A DNA stretch of 64,000 nucleotides from SAR86 cluster bacterium (GTDB lineage Bacteria; Pseudomonadota; Gammaproteobacteria; Magnimaribacterales; AG-339-G14): NCBI GenBank assembly GCA_023703675.1, contig CP097974.1, positions 917,288-981,287 of the forward strand, in the 5' to 3' direction. Each line of letters opens with the position of its first letter. Positions within the stretch are counted from its first letter, which is position 1. The position numbers and the translations under genes are program-made. Positions 50,702-61,844 of this stretch are shown here, piece after piece. The notes under the pieces are model-generated. The model saw only the letters and a program-made list of their open reading frames with translations, was not told where the DNA came from and did not search any database.

Positions 50702-52264
50702 TTAAGGATTAGTTTCAATTAATAAATTTGGTTGTTCTTTACGTTTTTTAAGAAGAAATTCATCATATAGCTTTCCCGTTGCCTTATATGCGCGGAACCT
50801 TAGATTATCTTTGTTAATATCTATAATTTGATAGAGCTGAGTATTTTCTCCTAGCTTTTTTGCATATAAACCTTTAGTAATTTCATACATTTTTGGTCCG
50901 CTTACCGAAACAACATGGACAGTGCCGATTTCTGGATCATAAGCCTGCTGATAACCTGTTGGAATATTTTCAACTTTTTTTGCATCAATTAGACCAGTAC
51001 GAGAGTAGGTATGATCGTGCCCGCTTAAAACAAGATCAACTTTAAATTCATCAAGTAATGGTTTCCATAGTTGACGCATTTCTAAATTATCTCGATCTGA
51101 TGCAGGAGAATATAGTGGATGGTGAAATGTAATTATTGTCCAACGATTATCATTCTCTTCTAGAACTTTTCTAAGCCAATCTACTTGAATCTCCATTTCA
51201 ATATTTGAATCAAGCGATATAAAACGAACACCTTGGTAATCCAGATAGTACAAAGTCTCTCTTAATCGTTCATCGGGAACATTCTGGATTGGAAAAGAGA
51301 ATTGTGGTCTCCAATGATTGCTAACCTTTTGAATTCCATCCGGATTTTGAAGACGATCATATAGTGGAGCTTTGCCACCCAAAATTGGTTTATTTATGAG
51401 TTCTTCTTTTTTGTACCCTGTAATTAATTCAATGCCCTCATCGGCATCTATTATTTCTCCAGAATCTTTAATCTTTATTGTTCCTGTTCTATTTTGAAAG
51501 TCTTCGATATCAACAATTAAGATCTCTGGATTATCATTGTTTAAAGATTCAATTTCGATATTTATAGGTTGACCATCTTTGTTTGTCCATATTCTTTTAG
51601 TTTCAGAATCTTTTTGATATTCATGATTGCCAGGGGTTGCTATAACAGGAATTGTTCCATTAACCCAATCAGGACCCTGATGCCATTCACCCCATTGTGA
51701 GTCCATATTGTGTTCATCAATTAAATCACCAGCATGTAATGTAAATGCAGCTCTTGGTGCATCACGAAAAGCTTCCCTAAAAACTCTGGACCAATGAGTT
51801 CTCACTTCATTTTGTGCGTCACCGAAATAAATAAAACTGAAGGGATCTTCTGAAGAGCTTGCAGTTTTAAAGTGATAATACTCTGTCCAATTTACTCCAT
51901 CTCCAACTCTATAAGCATATAGAGTATTGGGTTGAAGATTCTTAAAAGTAACACTATGGTAATGAGCCTCATTTATATCACTCTCGAAGTAACTTGTTTC
52001 TGCTTTAAACTCATCTGGCTTAAGCGCCCTCCCATTTGCATTTGCTATAGCAAGCTGTGCAAGCCCCACTTCGATAGATGTATCAGTTCTCCATGTTACT
52101 GCTTGGGTTGTTGCAGGATCATCATTCCAAGTTAAGACTACTCTATCTGGCAGAGGTGTTGGTGCATGTGCCATTTCGTCAGGATACTTCTCAATAGAAG
52201 AATTTGGATGAGATAGAAGAACTATCGAAAAGAAGAATGTTAAAAAATAAAAAAATCTATGCAA
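50702..52264 (-). CDS. secreted metallophosphoesterase with purple-acid-phosphatase-type N-terminal domain (TTG start)
   Basis: 520 aa. Signal-like N-terminus, VVLTWNDDPATTQAVTWRT (PAP N-domain), then GDAQN, HAGDLIDE, TPGNHEY, FHHPLYS and SGHDHTYSR metal ligands. Confidence 0.82.
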   Translation of the reverse strand: MHRFFYFLTFFFSIVLLSHPNSSIEKYPDEMAHAPTPLPDRVVLTWNDDPATTQAVTWRTDTSIEVGLAQLAIANANGRALKPDEFKAETSYFESDINEAHYHSVTFKNLQPNTLYAYRVGDGVNWTEYYHFKTASSSEDPFSFIYFGDAQNEVRTHWSRVFREAFRDAPRAAFTLHAGDLIDEHNMDSQWGEWHQGPDWVNGTIPVIATPGNHEYQKDSETKRIWTNKDGQPINIEIESLNNDNPEILIVDIEDFQNRTGTIKIKDSGEIIDADEGIELITGYKKEELINKPILGGKAPLYDRLQNPDGIQKVSNHWRPQFSFPIQNVPDERLRETLYYLDYQGVRFISLDSNIEMEIQVDWLRKVLEENDNRWTIITFHHPLYSPASDRDNLEMRQLWKPLLDEFKVDLVLSGHDHTYSRTGLIDAKKVENIPTGYQQAYDPEIGTVHVVSVSGPKMYEITKGLYAKKLGENTQLYQIIDINKDNLRFRAYKATGKLYDEFLLKKRKEQPNLLIETNP

Positions 52265-52340
52265 AACAGTGAATTTTACTTGAAAAAAATTAATGTAAAC
52301 GTGTCTAAGAAGAAACTTTTTGTATCAAAATTGAAAAAAA

Positions 52341-52417
<77 letters not shown>

Positions 52418-52467
52418 AATTGAATGGGATGATCATACTACAAGAAATAATTTAATTTGGTAAGAAA

Positions 52468-53346
52468 TTAATAAGAAATATTTCTTAACTTTTCTGTCAT
52501 TGGCTTGATGAAGTCTGGACCAATACCGCAACAGCCTCCAAAAATTGAGGCCCCAATTTTCTTCCACTCCATGCAGTATTCAACGAAAGCATCTTTACTC
52601 AAGTCTCTTACTTGATTTTTAATTTCATTGTCTAAAGTCCATCCTAAAGGCACAGAAAAAACATTTGGATAAGCTCCTATCTTTTTATCTGTAAGTTTTT
52701 GAAGTTCATTCAATCCTTTTGAAATTGAATCCGGATCGGTGCAATTAAATAAATATGCATCAGGATTGTATTGCTCCGCTTCTAAAAAGGCAGCTTCTAT
52801 CCCCTCGCCGCTTCTTAGCTTATTAGAGTTAAAATCTTCTAGGGACCACGAAAGCCAAACTGGTTTACCAGAGTTAAATCGCTTTAAGGACTCCAGAACA
52901 TTTTTCGTTTCTTGAATTGAGGAAATTGTTTCGCACAAATAAAAATCCACATACGGATCTAATTCTTTAATTAAAACTTCATACACCTCAAGTGATTGCT
53001 TAAGATCATGAACTAAATCGGGTCGATAACTTTCATCTAATGGAGGAATAGAACCGGCTACTTTAATTTTTCCTTCATATTTTAGTGCAGTATTTTTTGC
53101 AATTTCTCCAGCTTTCCTAATGAGATTGACCATTTCATCTTCGAGTCCATCTTTGGAAAGATAGCTTGGAATAGTTGAATAAGTATTAGTTGTGATAACT
53201 TCAGAACCAGCATCAATGTACTCGTCATAAACTTCAGAAATTAAATTACTTTCTTTTAAAAGAAATTGCGCTGACCAAGTGCCTTTAAATTTCTTCTTGG
53301 ATCTCTCTAAAAGCTCATGGCCAAGACTGCCGTCAAGAAAAATCAT
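52468..53346 (-). CDS. homocysteine S-methyltransferase family protein
   Basis: 292 aa. MIFLDGSLGHELLERS N-terminus and C-terminal zinc-ligand motif FGGCCGIGPDFI. Confidence 0.8.
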   Translation of the reverse strand: MIFLDGSLGHELLERSKKKFKGTWSAQFLLKESNLISEVYDEYIDAGSEVITTNTYSTIPSYLSKDGLEDEMVNLIRKAGEIAKNTALKYEGKIKVAGSIPPLDESYRPDLVHDLKQSLEVYEVLIKELDPYVDFYLCETISSIQETKNVLESLKRFNSGKPVWLSWSLEDFNSNKLRSGEGIEAAFLEAEQYNPDAYLFNCTDPDSISKGLNELQKLTDKKIGAYPNVFSVPLGWTLDNEIKNQVRDLSKDAFVEYCMEWKKIGASIFGGCCGIGPDFIKPMTEKLRNISY

Positions 53347-53354
53347 AAAAAAAA

Positions 53355-54912
<1,558 letters not shown>

Positions 54913-54913
54913 C

Positions 54914-56653
54914 TTAAAAAGTTTTTTTATCTTTACTTAAACGCATTTCAGACATTGACCCTCCGGCCTCAAGCATGGGATATACATGCTCATCAGGATC
55001 TACCAAAACATCTAAAAATACTAATTTATCTTTTATCGCAAAACTTTCTTTCATAGCATCATTAAGTTCTGAAAACTTATCTACTTTGATTCCAACATGT
55101 CCAAAAGATTCTGCAAGCTTCACAAAATCTGGGAGAGAATCTTCGTATGAGATACTTGAATATCTTCCTCCATATTGCATATCCTGCCATTGCTTTACCA
55201 TTCCTAAAGCTCTGTTATTCAAATTAATGATCTTGATTGGAAGACCATATTGTCCACAAGTTGATAATTCTTGAATACACATTTGAATGCTGCCTTCCCC
55301 TGTCACGCAAGCAACGTCAGCTTCAGGAAATGCAAATTTAACTCCCATAGCTGATGGAAGCCCAAAGCCCATAGTTCCCAGACCGCCTGAGTTGATCCAT
55401 TTTCTAGGGTCTTTAAATTTATAATATTGGGCTGCAAACATCTGGTGCTGACCAACATCAGAAGTTACATAAGCATCACCTTTGGTAGTTTGGTATAAAG
55501 ACTGGATAACTTGCTGCGGCAGAATTATATCCTGATCATTTTTGAGATTAAGCATGTCGTGGTTTAAACCATGCGCCTTTCTCCAAGCTTCAACTTTACT
55601 CCACCAATCTTTATAAATGGCTTGATCGAAACCACTAGCTTTTACTTGCTCTATTAATTGTTGCATCACCAACTTAGCATCGCCTTCTATTGCTAAATCA
55701 ACTCCAATAATCTTATCGATTGAAGACGGATCTGAATCGATATGGATTTTCTTTGCTGCCAAGCCAAATTTACTTGGATTGTTTGTTATACGATCGTCAA
55801 ATCTTGCGCCAACGTTAAAAATTAAGTCAGCTTCAGACATCACCATATTTGCCTCATAAGTACCATGCATGCCTAACATACCGACAAATTGATCATCATT
55901 GCCTGGAAATGCTCCAAGTCCCATTAGCGTATTGGTAACAGGACAGCCAATTAATTTTGAAAATTCGGTTAGTTCTTTAGAGGCATCTGCTTGAATAGTC
56001 CCACCGCCGGAGTAAATAACTGGTTTTTTTGCAGTTCTAAATAATTCTATCGCAGCAGCAATTTTTTCATCATCTCCCTTTCCTAAAATTGGAAACGATC
56101 TCATGACTAAATCTTTAGGATACTTATAATCAAACTTGTAATTTGGATCCGTCATGTTTTTAGGTACGTCAATTACTACTGGCCCAGGTCTACCTGAAGT
56201 AGCAATATGAAATGCTTTTTTTATAACAACTGGTATTTCTTCGGCTGATTGCACTAGAAAGCTATGTTTAACAATAGGTCTCGAAATTCCCATCATGTCG
56301 GTTTCTTGAAATGCATCGGAGCCAATCAAGTGGCTAGCAACTTGCCCAGATATAACTACAACTGGAATTGAGTCCATATAAGCGGTTGCGATTCCAGTAA
56401 TTGCGTTAGTAGCGCCAGGACCTGAAGTAACCAAAGCAACTCCTGGTTTTCCTGTTGCCCTGGCATAACCATCTGCAGCATGAACTGCAGCTTGTTCATG
56501 TCTTACGAGAATATGTTGAACTTCATTTTGTTGATAAATTGCGTCGTAAATATGTAAAGCGGCACCGCCTGGATAACCAAAAATTAGATCAATATTTTCA
56601 TCGGCAAGAGCTCTTATCAGGGCTCCTCCTCCATTAATTAAGTTTTTACTCAT
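54914..56653 (-). CDS. ilvI: acetolactate synthase large (catalytic) subunit
   Basis: 579 aa. ThDP enzyme motifs GYPGGAALHIYDA and GLGTMGFGLPSAMG. Confidence 0.95.
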   Translation of the reverse strand: MSKNLINGGGALIRALADENIDLIFGYPGGAALHIYDAIYQQNEVQHILVRHEQAAVHAADGYARATGKPGVALVTSGPGATNAITGIATAYMDSIPVVVISGQVASHLIGSDAFQETDMMGISRPIVKHSFLVQSAEEIPVVIKKAFHIATSGRPGPVVIDVPKNMTDPNYKFDYKYPKDLVMRSFPILGKGDDEKIAAAIELFRTAKKPVIYSGGGTIQADASKELTEFSKLIGCPVTNTLMGLGAFPGNDDQFVGMLGMHGTYEANMVMSEADLIFNVGARFDDRITNNPSKFGLAAKKIHIDSDPSSIDKIIGVDLAIEGDAKLVMQQLIEQVKASGFDQAIYKDWWSKVEAWRKAHGLNHDMLNLKNDQDIILPQQVIQSLYQTTKGDAYVTSDVGQHQMFAAQYYKFKDPRKWINSGGLGTMGFGLPSAMGVKFAFPEADVACVTGEGSIQMCIQELSTCGQYGLPIKIINLNNRALGMVKQWQDMQYGGRYSSISYEDSLPDFVKLAESFGHVGIKVDKFSELNDAMKESFAIKDKLVFLDVLVDPDEHVYPMLEAGGSMSEMRLSKDKKTF

Positions 56654-56724
56654 TGCAATTGTTAGATGTTAGATTTTATTCCTGAGGGAGCGAATTTTGA
56701 CACCCCTAAAAAACAAGTCAAGTT

Positions 56725-57672
56725 TTAGGCAAGCTGCGCAAGCTTATCTTTCAGACTTCTCATGTCTTCTGGAAGTTCACTTACGAAATTTACAGTTTTT
56801 TTAGTACTAGGATGTTTAAAAGATAACTTTGAAGCATGCAAAGCCTGCCTCGGGAAAAGCTCAATTATTTCTCTCAATTCACTATTAGTTGACTTAGCAA
56901 ACCTTCTTTTTCTCCCATACAGAGGGTCACCTATAATTGGAAATCCGGTATGACTTAAATGGACTCTTATCTGATGGGTCCTTCCTGTTTCCAGTTTTAA
57001 CTCCAAGTGTGAGTAATTTCCAAAGTTTTCCTTCAATGAATAATAAGTGATTGCTTCTCGGCCATTTGATTGAATAGCCTGTTTCTGTCTATTGTTAGGA
57101 TGTCTGCCAATTGCAAGATCTATTTTTCCTGACTTTTTTAGATTCCCCACAACGAATGCATCATAAATCCTTGAAACAGTTCTGTTAGAAATTTGATTGG
57201 AAAGATCTAATAGAGCCTTTTCGTTTTTTGCCACTACCATCAAACCAGAAGTGTCTTTATCTAATCTATGAACAATTCCACCTCGAGGTAACTTTTTTAA
57301 ATCGGGGAATTTATAAAGCAATCCATTCAGTAAAGTCTTTGATTTATTTCCTGCTCCAGGGTGCACTACTAATCCTGGTTTTTTATTCAACACTATGAAA
57401 TCCTCTTGCTCATCAAGTACAGAAATTTCTATATTTTGAGGTATGTAATCAACTGATTCCTCAGCTTTAAAAATTATCTCAACTCTCTCTCCACCTAAAA
57501 CTTTAGTACTTATTTTTTTTATAATTTCTTCGTTAACAGTCACTCTTCCATCTTGAAGACAAGTTTTAATCTTTGATCTTGATATTTCATCAAGTATTTC
57601 TGTTAAGGCAGAATCAATTCTCTGACCAGACAGATGTTCTGGAATTTCCAAAATTTTATTAGTTTTAGTCAT
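56725..57672 (-). CDS. rluD: 23S rRNA pseudouridine synthase, RluD type
   Basis: 315 aa. N-terminal S4 domain and HRLDKDTSGLMVVAKN catalytic motif. Divergent from bamD as in E. coli. Confidence 0.9.
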   Translation of the reverse strand: MTKTNKILEIPEHLSGQRIDSALTEILDEISRSKIKTCLQDGRVTVNEEIIKKISTKVLGGERVEIIFKAEESVDYIPQNIEISVLDEQEDFIVLNKKPGLVVHPGAGNKSKTLLNGLLYKFPDLKKLPRGGIVHRLDKDTSGLMVVAKNEKALLDLSNQISNRTVSRIYDAFVVGNLKKSGKIDLAIGRHPNNRQKQAIQSNGREAITYYSLKENFGNYSHLELKLETGRTHQIRVHLSHTGFPIIGDPLYGRKRRFAKSTNSELREIIELFPRQALHASKLSFKHPSTKKTVNFVSELPEDMRSLKDKLAQLA

Positions 57673-57700
57673 ATTTTCTAATGATAGAATAGTCCAAATA

Positions 57701-58453
57701 ATGAATCTTCTTAAGAAAAAAATTTTTAACGTTTTAATTTTATTATTTTTCGTAGTCTCTTGTGCCTCTGATGATGGCGAAAAAGTAACTATAGAAATGA
57801 TAGAAAAGGATTTATACGATCAAGCACAAAGCAGGCTTAAAGCGGGAAACTATGCTGCAGCAATTTTGAGTCTCGAAACGCTTGAAAAACAGTTTCCATT
57901 TGGAAAGTATGCAGAGCAAGCTCAATCCGAACTAATTTTCGCCTACTACAAAAGTTCTTTATTTGAAGCAGCTATTTCTGCCGCGGATAGATTTATAAGT
58001 CTGCATCCTCGACATCCTAATACTCCATATGCTTTTTATTTAAAAGGCTTAGCGAAATTTACTGATGATCAAACTTTTTTTGGAGATCTTCCTTTTTTAG
58101 GAGATATGACTTTCAAAAGAGATTTAAGTAAAGCAAAGGAATCTTTTGATGATCTAAGTGAATTTCTTACTAGATACCCCGAAAGTGAGTACGCCGGAAA
58201 TGCAAGGCAAAGAATGATTTTCCTTAGAAATTTAATTGCAAAACAAGAAATTTATATCGCAGAATATTATATTGAAAGAAAAGCTTATGTGGCAGCAATC
58301 AATAGAGCTAATTATATCATCCAACACATGTCCAAAACCCCAGAAGTACTCAAAGCCTTGGAGATTTCAATAATTGCTTACAATGAACTCGGGAAAGAAG
58401 ACCTTGCGCAAGAAGCAGAAGAAGTATTGAAAGCATACAAGGAGAAAATTTAA
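57701..58453 (+). CDS. bamD: outer-membrane protein assembly factor BamD (lipoprotein)
   Basis: 250 aa. Lipobox ...FFVVSC and TPR-like repeats. LYDQAQSRLKAGNYAAAILSLETLEKQFPFGKYAEQAQ matches BamD. Confidence 0.9.
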   Translation: MNLLKKKIFNVLILLFFVVSCASDDGEKVTIEMIEKDLYDQAQSRLKAGNYAAAILSLETLEKQFPFGKYAEQAQSELIFAYYKSSLFEAAISAADRFISLHPRHPNTPYAFYLKGLAKFTDDQTFFGDLPFLGDMTFKRDLSKAKESFDDLSEFLTRYPESEYAGNARQRMIFLRNLIAKQEIYIAEYYIERKAYVAAINRANYIIQHMSKTPEVLKALEISIIAYNELGKEDLAQEAEEVLKAYKEKI

Positions 58454-58458
58454 CTGAA

Positions 58459-58650
58459 ATGTTAAACCTAATCTTTCTTTTACTCTTCGTAACTTTTCTT
58501 TATGGGTTTGCAGAATTTCTTAAGACTACACAAAATACATCCGAAGTTACTAAGGTAGTTAAATGTTCGAAGTGTTCAAAATATATTCCTAAAGAAAATT
58601 CTTTTCAAGACGGTGAAAATATTTTTTGTAAAAACAAAAATTGCTATTAA
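58459..58650 (+). CDS. small membrane-anchored zinc-ribbon protein (PP0621-like, downstream of bamD)
   Basis: 63 aa. One N-terminal TM helix, then CSKCSKY...FCKNKNC. Placement after bamD matches what I recall for this small family. Unverified. Confidence 0.45.
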   Translation: MLNLIFLLLFVTFLYGFAEFLKTTQNTSEVTKVVKCSKCSKYIPKENSFQDGENIFCKNKNCY

Positions 58651-58653
58651 TTT

Positions 58654-59052
58654 TTAATCTTTGACAATTATTTTAATTTTTTCAGATAAGATCGGCGGAT
58701 TATGCGGAACATGCATCCAGTCACCTAACAGTAACTGAAAACTATATTCGCCAGGTTTTAATTCCAAAAATGTTTCTGTTTGTCCTTTCCCAAAATGAAT
58801 GTGATTTTCGTCTGCAGGTATACTTGATTTTAAGTCGGGCAGTTCAGTTAAGTTAACTAGTAAATGATGGTGTCCAGTTTCCGGAAAATTTATTCCTGCG
58901 GGAGCAATGCCGTAACCTTTTAAACCAAATTTAACATTCACGGGACTGTTTACCACTTCTCCATTTTTGGGACTTATAAAGTAAACCTCAGGACTAGAAA
59001 AAGCTAAAGTTGAAAACCCCAATAAAAATAAAATTAAATTTAATTTATTCAT
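58654..59052 (-). CDS. periplasmic DUF4399-like protein
   Basis: The ORF track extends to 59118. The ATG at 59050-59052 gives MNKLNLILFLLGFSTLAFSSPEV... (signal peptide, 132 aa) with a GHHHLLV motif. Its start overlaps the upstream gene stop by 8 nt. Confidence 0.6.
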   Translation of the reverse strand: MNKLNLILFLLGFSTLAFSSPEVYFISPKNGEVVNSPVNVKFGLKGYGIAPAGINFPETGHHHLLVNLTELPDLKSSIPADENHIHFGKGQTETFLELKPGEYSFQLLLGDWMHVPHNPPILSEKIKIIVKD

Positions 59053-59500
59053 AATCTCCGTCTTGATATATAAGAGGATCTTTATCCCCTGAATGATTAA
59101 GCTCATACACTTTCCCAATTACTAAGGAGTGACTAGAAAAAGGAATTAGCTCCTCTATCGAACAGAAAATATTCGATTGTGCGCTTTCCAAATAAACTGG
59201 ATCATGGGACTGCCATTCTCCCAAAGAAAATCTTTTTTCTCCATCATCTTGACCACTACACAAATTCGCTAAGTCCTTTTGATCGCTTCTGAGTAAGTTC
59301 AAACAAAACTTTCTACCATTCTCCAAAATTTGGTGAATTGAAGCATTCTTATTTATGCAAACAATAATCATTGGCGGGTCTAGCGAAAGCGAGGTAACTG
59401 AAGAAACTGTAACTGCCCTTCTTATATCATTCTTCTCAGCGGACATAATGAACACTGTCTGTTTCGTAGTTCTTAAAATTGATAAAAATTCTTCTTGCAT
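59045..59500 (-). CDS. flavin reductase-like (FMN-binding split-barrel) domain protein
   Basis: 151 aa. RRAVTVSSVTSLSLDPPMIIVCINKNASIHQIL and FCLNLL are typical of the flavin-reductase-like domain. Confidence 0.7.
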   Translation of the reverse strand: MQEEFLSILRTTKQTVFIMSAEKNDIRRAVTVSSVTSLSLDPPMIIVCINKNASIHQILENGRKFCLNLLRSDQKDLANLCSGQDDGEKRFSLGEWQSHDPVYLESAQSNIFCSIEELIPFSSHSLVIGKVYELNHSGDKDPLIYQDGDYE

Positions 59501-59546
59501 AAGATATTGGATAAAAAGTGCCTTCAGTTAATATAATAATTCATTT

Positions 59547-60125
59547 ATGACTGAGATGGAAAAAGGAAAGATTAGGATAACTGGAGGAAAGTGGAAAGGA
59601 AAAAAAATTTCCTTTGAGATTAATTCAAAATTAAGACCAACTCCTGATAGAGCAAAAGAAATGGTTTTCAATTGGTTAGGAAACGATTTGAGAGACTATA
59701 ACTGCCTAGATATTTTTGCGGGGACGGGAGCAATGGGTCTTGAATCTTTATCGAGAGGAGCAAAGAAAGTAGATTTTATAGAAAAGGATGTTCGTGCTTC
59801 TCAAATACTTAAAAAAAATTTAATCGATATGACAGATCACATTGCTTTTAATGTATTCAATGAAAGTTATGAAAGTTGGTTTAAAAAAAATGATTCTAAA
59901 TTTTCATACGACTTAATATTCATAGATCCCCCTTTTGAAAAAAATTTTGTTGAAAAGGTATTTAATTTAATTGAGGAGAAAAAAATTTACAGATTAAATA
60001 CAGTTTTTTATCTAGAAGCTGAAAAAAAAATAAATTTGGATTTTCTTTTCGCAGATTACGAAATATTTAAAGAGAAAATTATGGGTAGAAAATCTTATAG
60101 ATTACTTAGAAAAAAAGTTACTTAG
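59547..60125 (+). CDS. rsmD: 16S rRNA (guanine966-N2)-methyltransferase
   Basis: 192 aa. [47 protein letters not shown] and IFIDPPF. Confidence 0.9.
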   Translation: MTEMEKGKIRITGGKWKGKKISFEINSKLRPTPDRAKEMVFNWLGNDLRDYNCLDIFAGTGAMGLESLSRGAKKVDFIEKDVRASQILKKNLIDMTDHIAFNVFNESYESWFKKNDSKFSYDLIFIDPPFEKNFVEKVFNLIEEKKIYRLNTVFYLEAEKKINLDFLFADYEIFKEKIMGRKSYRLLRKKVT

Positions 60126-61380
60126 ATTTTTTCATCGAATCGAAAAATTCGTTATTTGTTTTGTGTTTTCTTAATTTATCAATTAGCCATTCTGTAGCTG
60201 TAATGTCTTCCATCTCATGAAGAAGTTTTCTTAAAATATTAGTCCTTGCTAAATCCATTTCGTCTGTGATTAGCTCTTCTCTTCTAGTGCCAGACCTTCT
60301 GATATTTATTGCTGGAAAAATTCTTTTTTCAGCAATAGCCCTATCTAAGTGAATTTCTTGATTACCTGTGCCTTTAAACTCTTCGTAAATAACTTCATCC
60401 ATTCTTGATCCTGTATCAACTAGAGCAGTTGCAATGATTGTCAAGCTTCCGCCGTTTTCAATGTTTCTTGCAGCTCCAAAAAACCTTTTTGGTTTTTCTA
60501 AAGCATTGGCGTCTACTCCACCAGTAAGTATCTTCCCCGAAGATGCTTGAGTAGAGTTATATGCCCTTCCTAGTCTAGTAATAGAGTCTAGTAAAATTAT
60601 TACATCATTTCCTGATTCAACTAATCTTTTAGCTTTAGCTATCGCCATTTCTGCTACCTGAACATGACGCGAGGGTGGTTCATCAAAAGTACTCGCGATC
60701 ACTTCGCCCTTTACTGATCGAGTCATATCAGTAACTTCTTCAGGTCTTTCATCAATAAGCAAGACCATAAGAATGCTGTCTGGACTATTTTTTTCTATTG
60801 AATGAGCAATACTTTGAAGGAGAAGAGTTTTTCCAGCTTTTGGTGGCGAAACTATTAATCCTCTTTGCCCTTTTCCAGTAGGAGAAATTAGATCAATTAT
60901 GCGAGCAGAAAGGTCTTCGGTAGTTCCATTTCCTGATTCCATTACTAAACGATCTTCTGGGAAAAGAGGAGTAAGGTTCTCAAAAGCCAACTTAGTCTTA
61001 GTCTTGTCAGAATTTTCGAAATTTATTTGATCGATTTTTAGTAAGGCAAAGTATCGTTCACCATCTTTTGGTGGGCGAATTTTTCCTGAAATAGAATCTC
61101 CAGTTTTTAACCCAAATCTTCTAATTTGACTTGGCGAAACATAGATGTCATCTGGTCCAGCTAAGTATGAAGAAGTTGGTGATCGAAGAAAACCAAAACC
61201 ATCATTTAGAATTTCTAGAACGCCTTCCCCTTCAATATCTTCGCCCCCTTTTGAATGAGATTTAAGAATATTAAAAATTACGTCTTGTTTTTTTGACCTG
61301 GCTATATTTTCAATACCCATGCTCTCGGCTATACCGATCAATTCTTCGACAGGTTTGGCTTTAAGTTCGCCTAAATGCAT
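60118..61380 (-). CDS. rho: transcription termination factor Rho
   Basis: 420 aa. [16 protein letters not shown]-terminus, GFGFLR RNA-binding motif, PPKAGKT Walker A and IDERPEEV. Confidence 0.97.
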   Translation of the reverse strand: MHLGELKAKPVEELIGIAESMGIENIARSKKQDVIFNILKSHSKGGEDIEGEGVLEILNDGFGFLRSPTSSYLAGPDDIYVSPSQIRRFGLKTGDSISGKIRPPKDGERYFALLKIDQINFENSDKTKTKLAFENLTPLFPEDRLVMESGNGTTEDLSARIIDLISPTGKGQRGLIVSPPKAGKTLLLQSIAHSIEKNSPDSILMVLLIDERPEEVTDMTRSVKGEVIASTFDEPPSRHVQVAEMAIAKAKRLVESGNDVIILLDSITRLGRAYNSTQASSGKILTGGVDANALEKPKRFFGAARNIENGGSLTIIATALVDTGSRMDEVIYEEFKGTGNQEIHLDRAIAEKRIFPAINIRRSGTRREELITDEMDLARTNILRKLLHEMEDITATEWLIDKLRKHKTNNEFFDSMKKSK

Positions 61381-61482
61381 ATGTTTTTAAAAATAAATTG
61401 AAAAAAATTGCTGGAATTACTTTTGCAACCGAAAGTTACAGATAAAATCTATCACTTATAATTATAAAGGTCTAGTAAATAT

Positions 61483-61806
61483 TTAAATATGTTGCTCTAA
61501 AAATTCTTTTAATTGACTTTTAGTCAAAGCACCAATTCTTTGATCTATCGGATCTCCATTTTTAAACAAGATCAAAGTTGGAATGCTCATAACTTTCTGC
61601 TTTATTGCAGAATCTTTATTATTATCAACATCTAATTTTGCGATTGTCAGTTTATCCTTCAATTCTTCTGATAGTTCTTCTAAAACAGGCGCAACCATTT
61701 TGCATGGCCCACACCATTCCGCCCAATAATCTACTAAAACTGGCTTATCAGCTGATTTTAAATGAGTCTCAAAATTCTCATCAGTTAATTCAATAATTTC
61801 ACTCAT
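61483..61806 (-). CDS. trxA: thioredoxin
   Basis: 107 aa. VLVDYWAEWCGPCKMVAP active site. Upstream of rho as in E. coli. Confidence 0.96.
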   Translation of the reverse strand: MSEIIELTDENFETHLKSADKPVLVDYWAEWCGPCKMVAPVLEELSEELKDKLTIAKLDVDNNKDSAIKQKVMSIPTLILFKNGDPIDQRIGALTKSQLKEFLEQHI

Positions 61807-61844
61807 ATAATTATTATGGGCTAAATTTAAATTATTTAAAGTAC

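Noticed and set aside
61381-61482. Possible intrinsic terminator or attenuator in the trxA-rho gap (TTGC...GCAA followed by a T-run)
   Set aside because: The stem is only 4 bp and AT-flanked. That is not enough to call a terminator or a Rho-autoregulatory attenuator from sequence alone.
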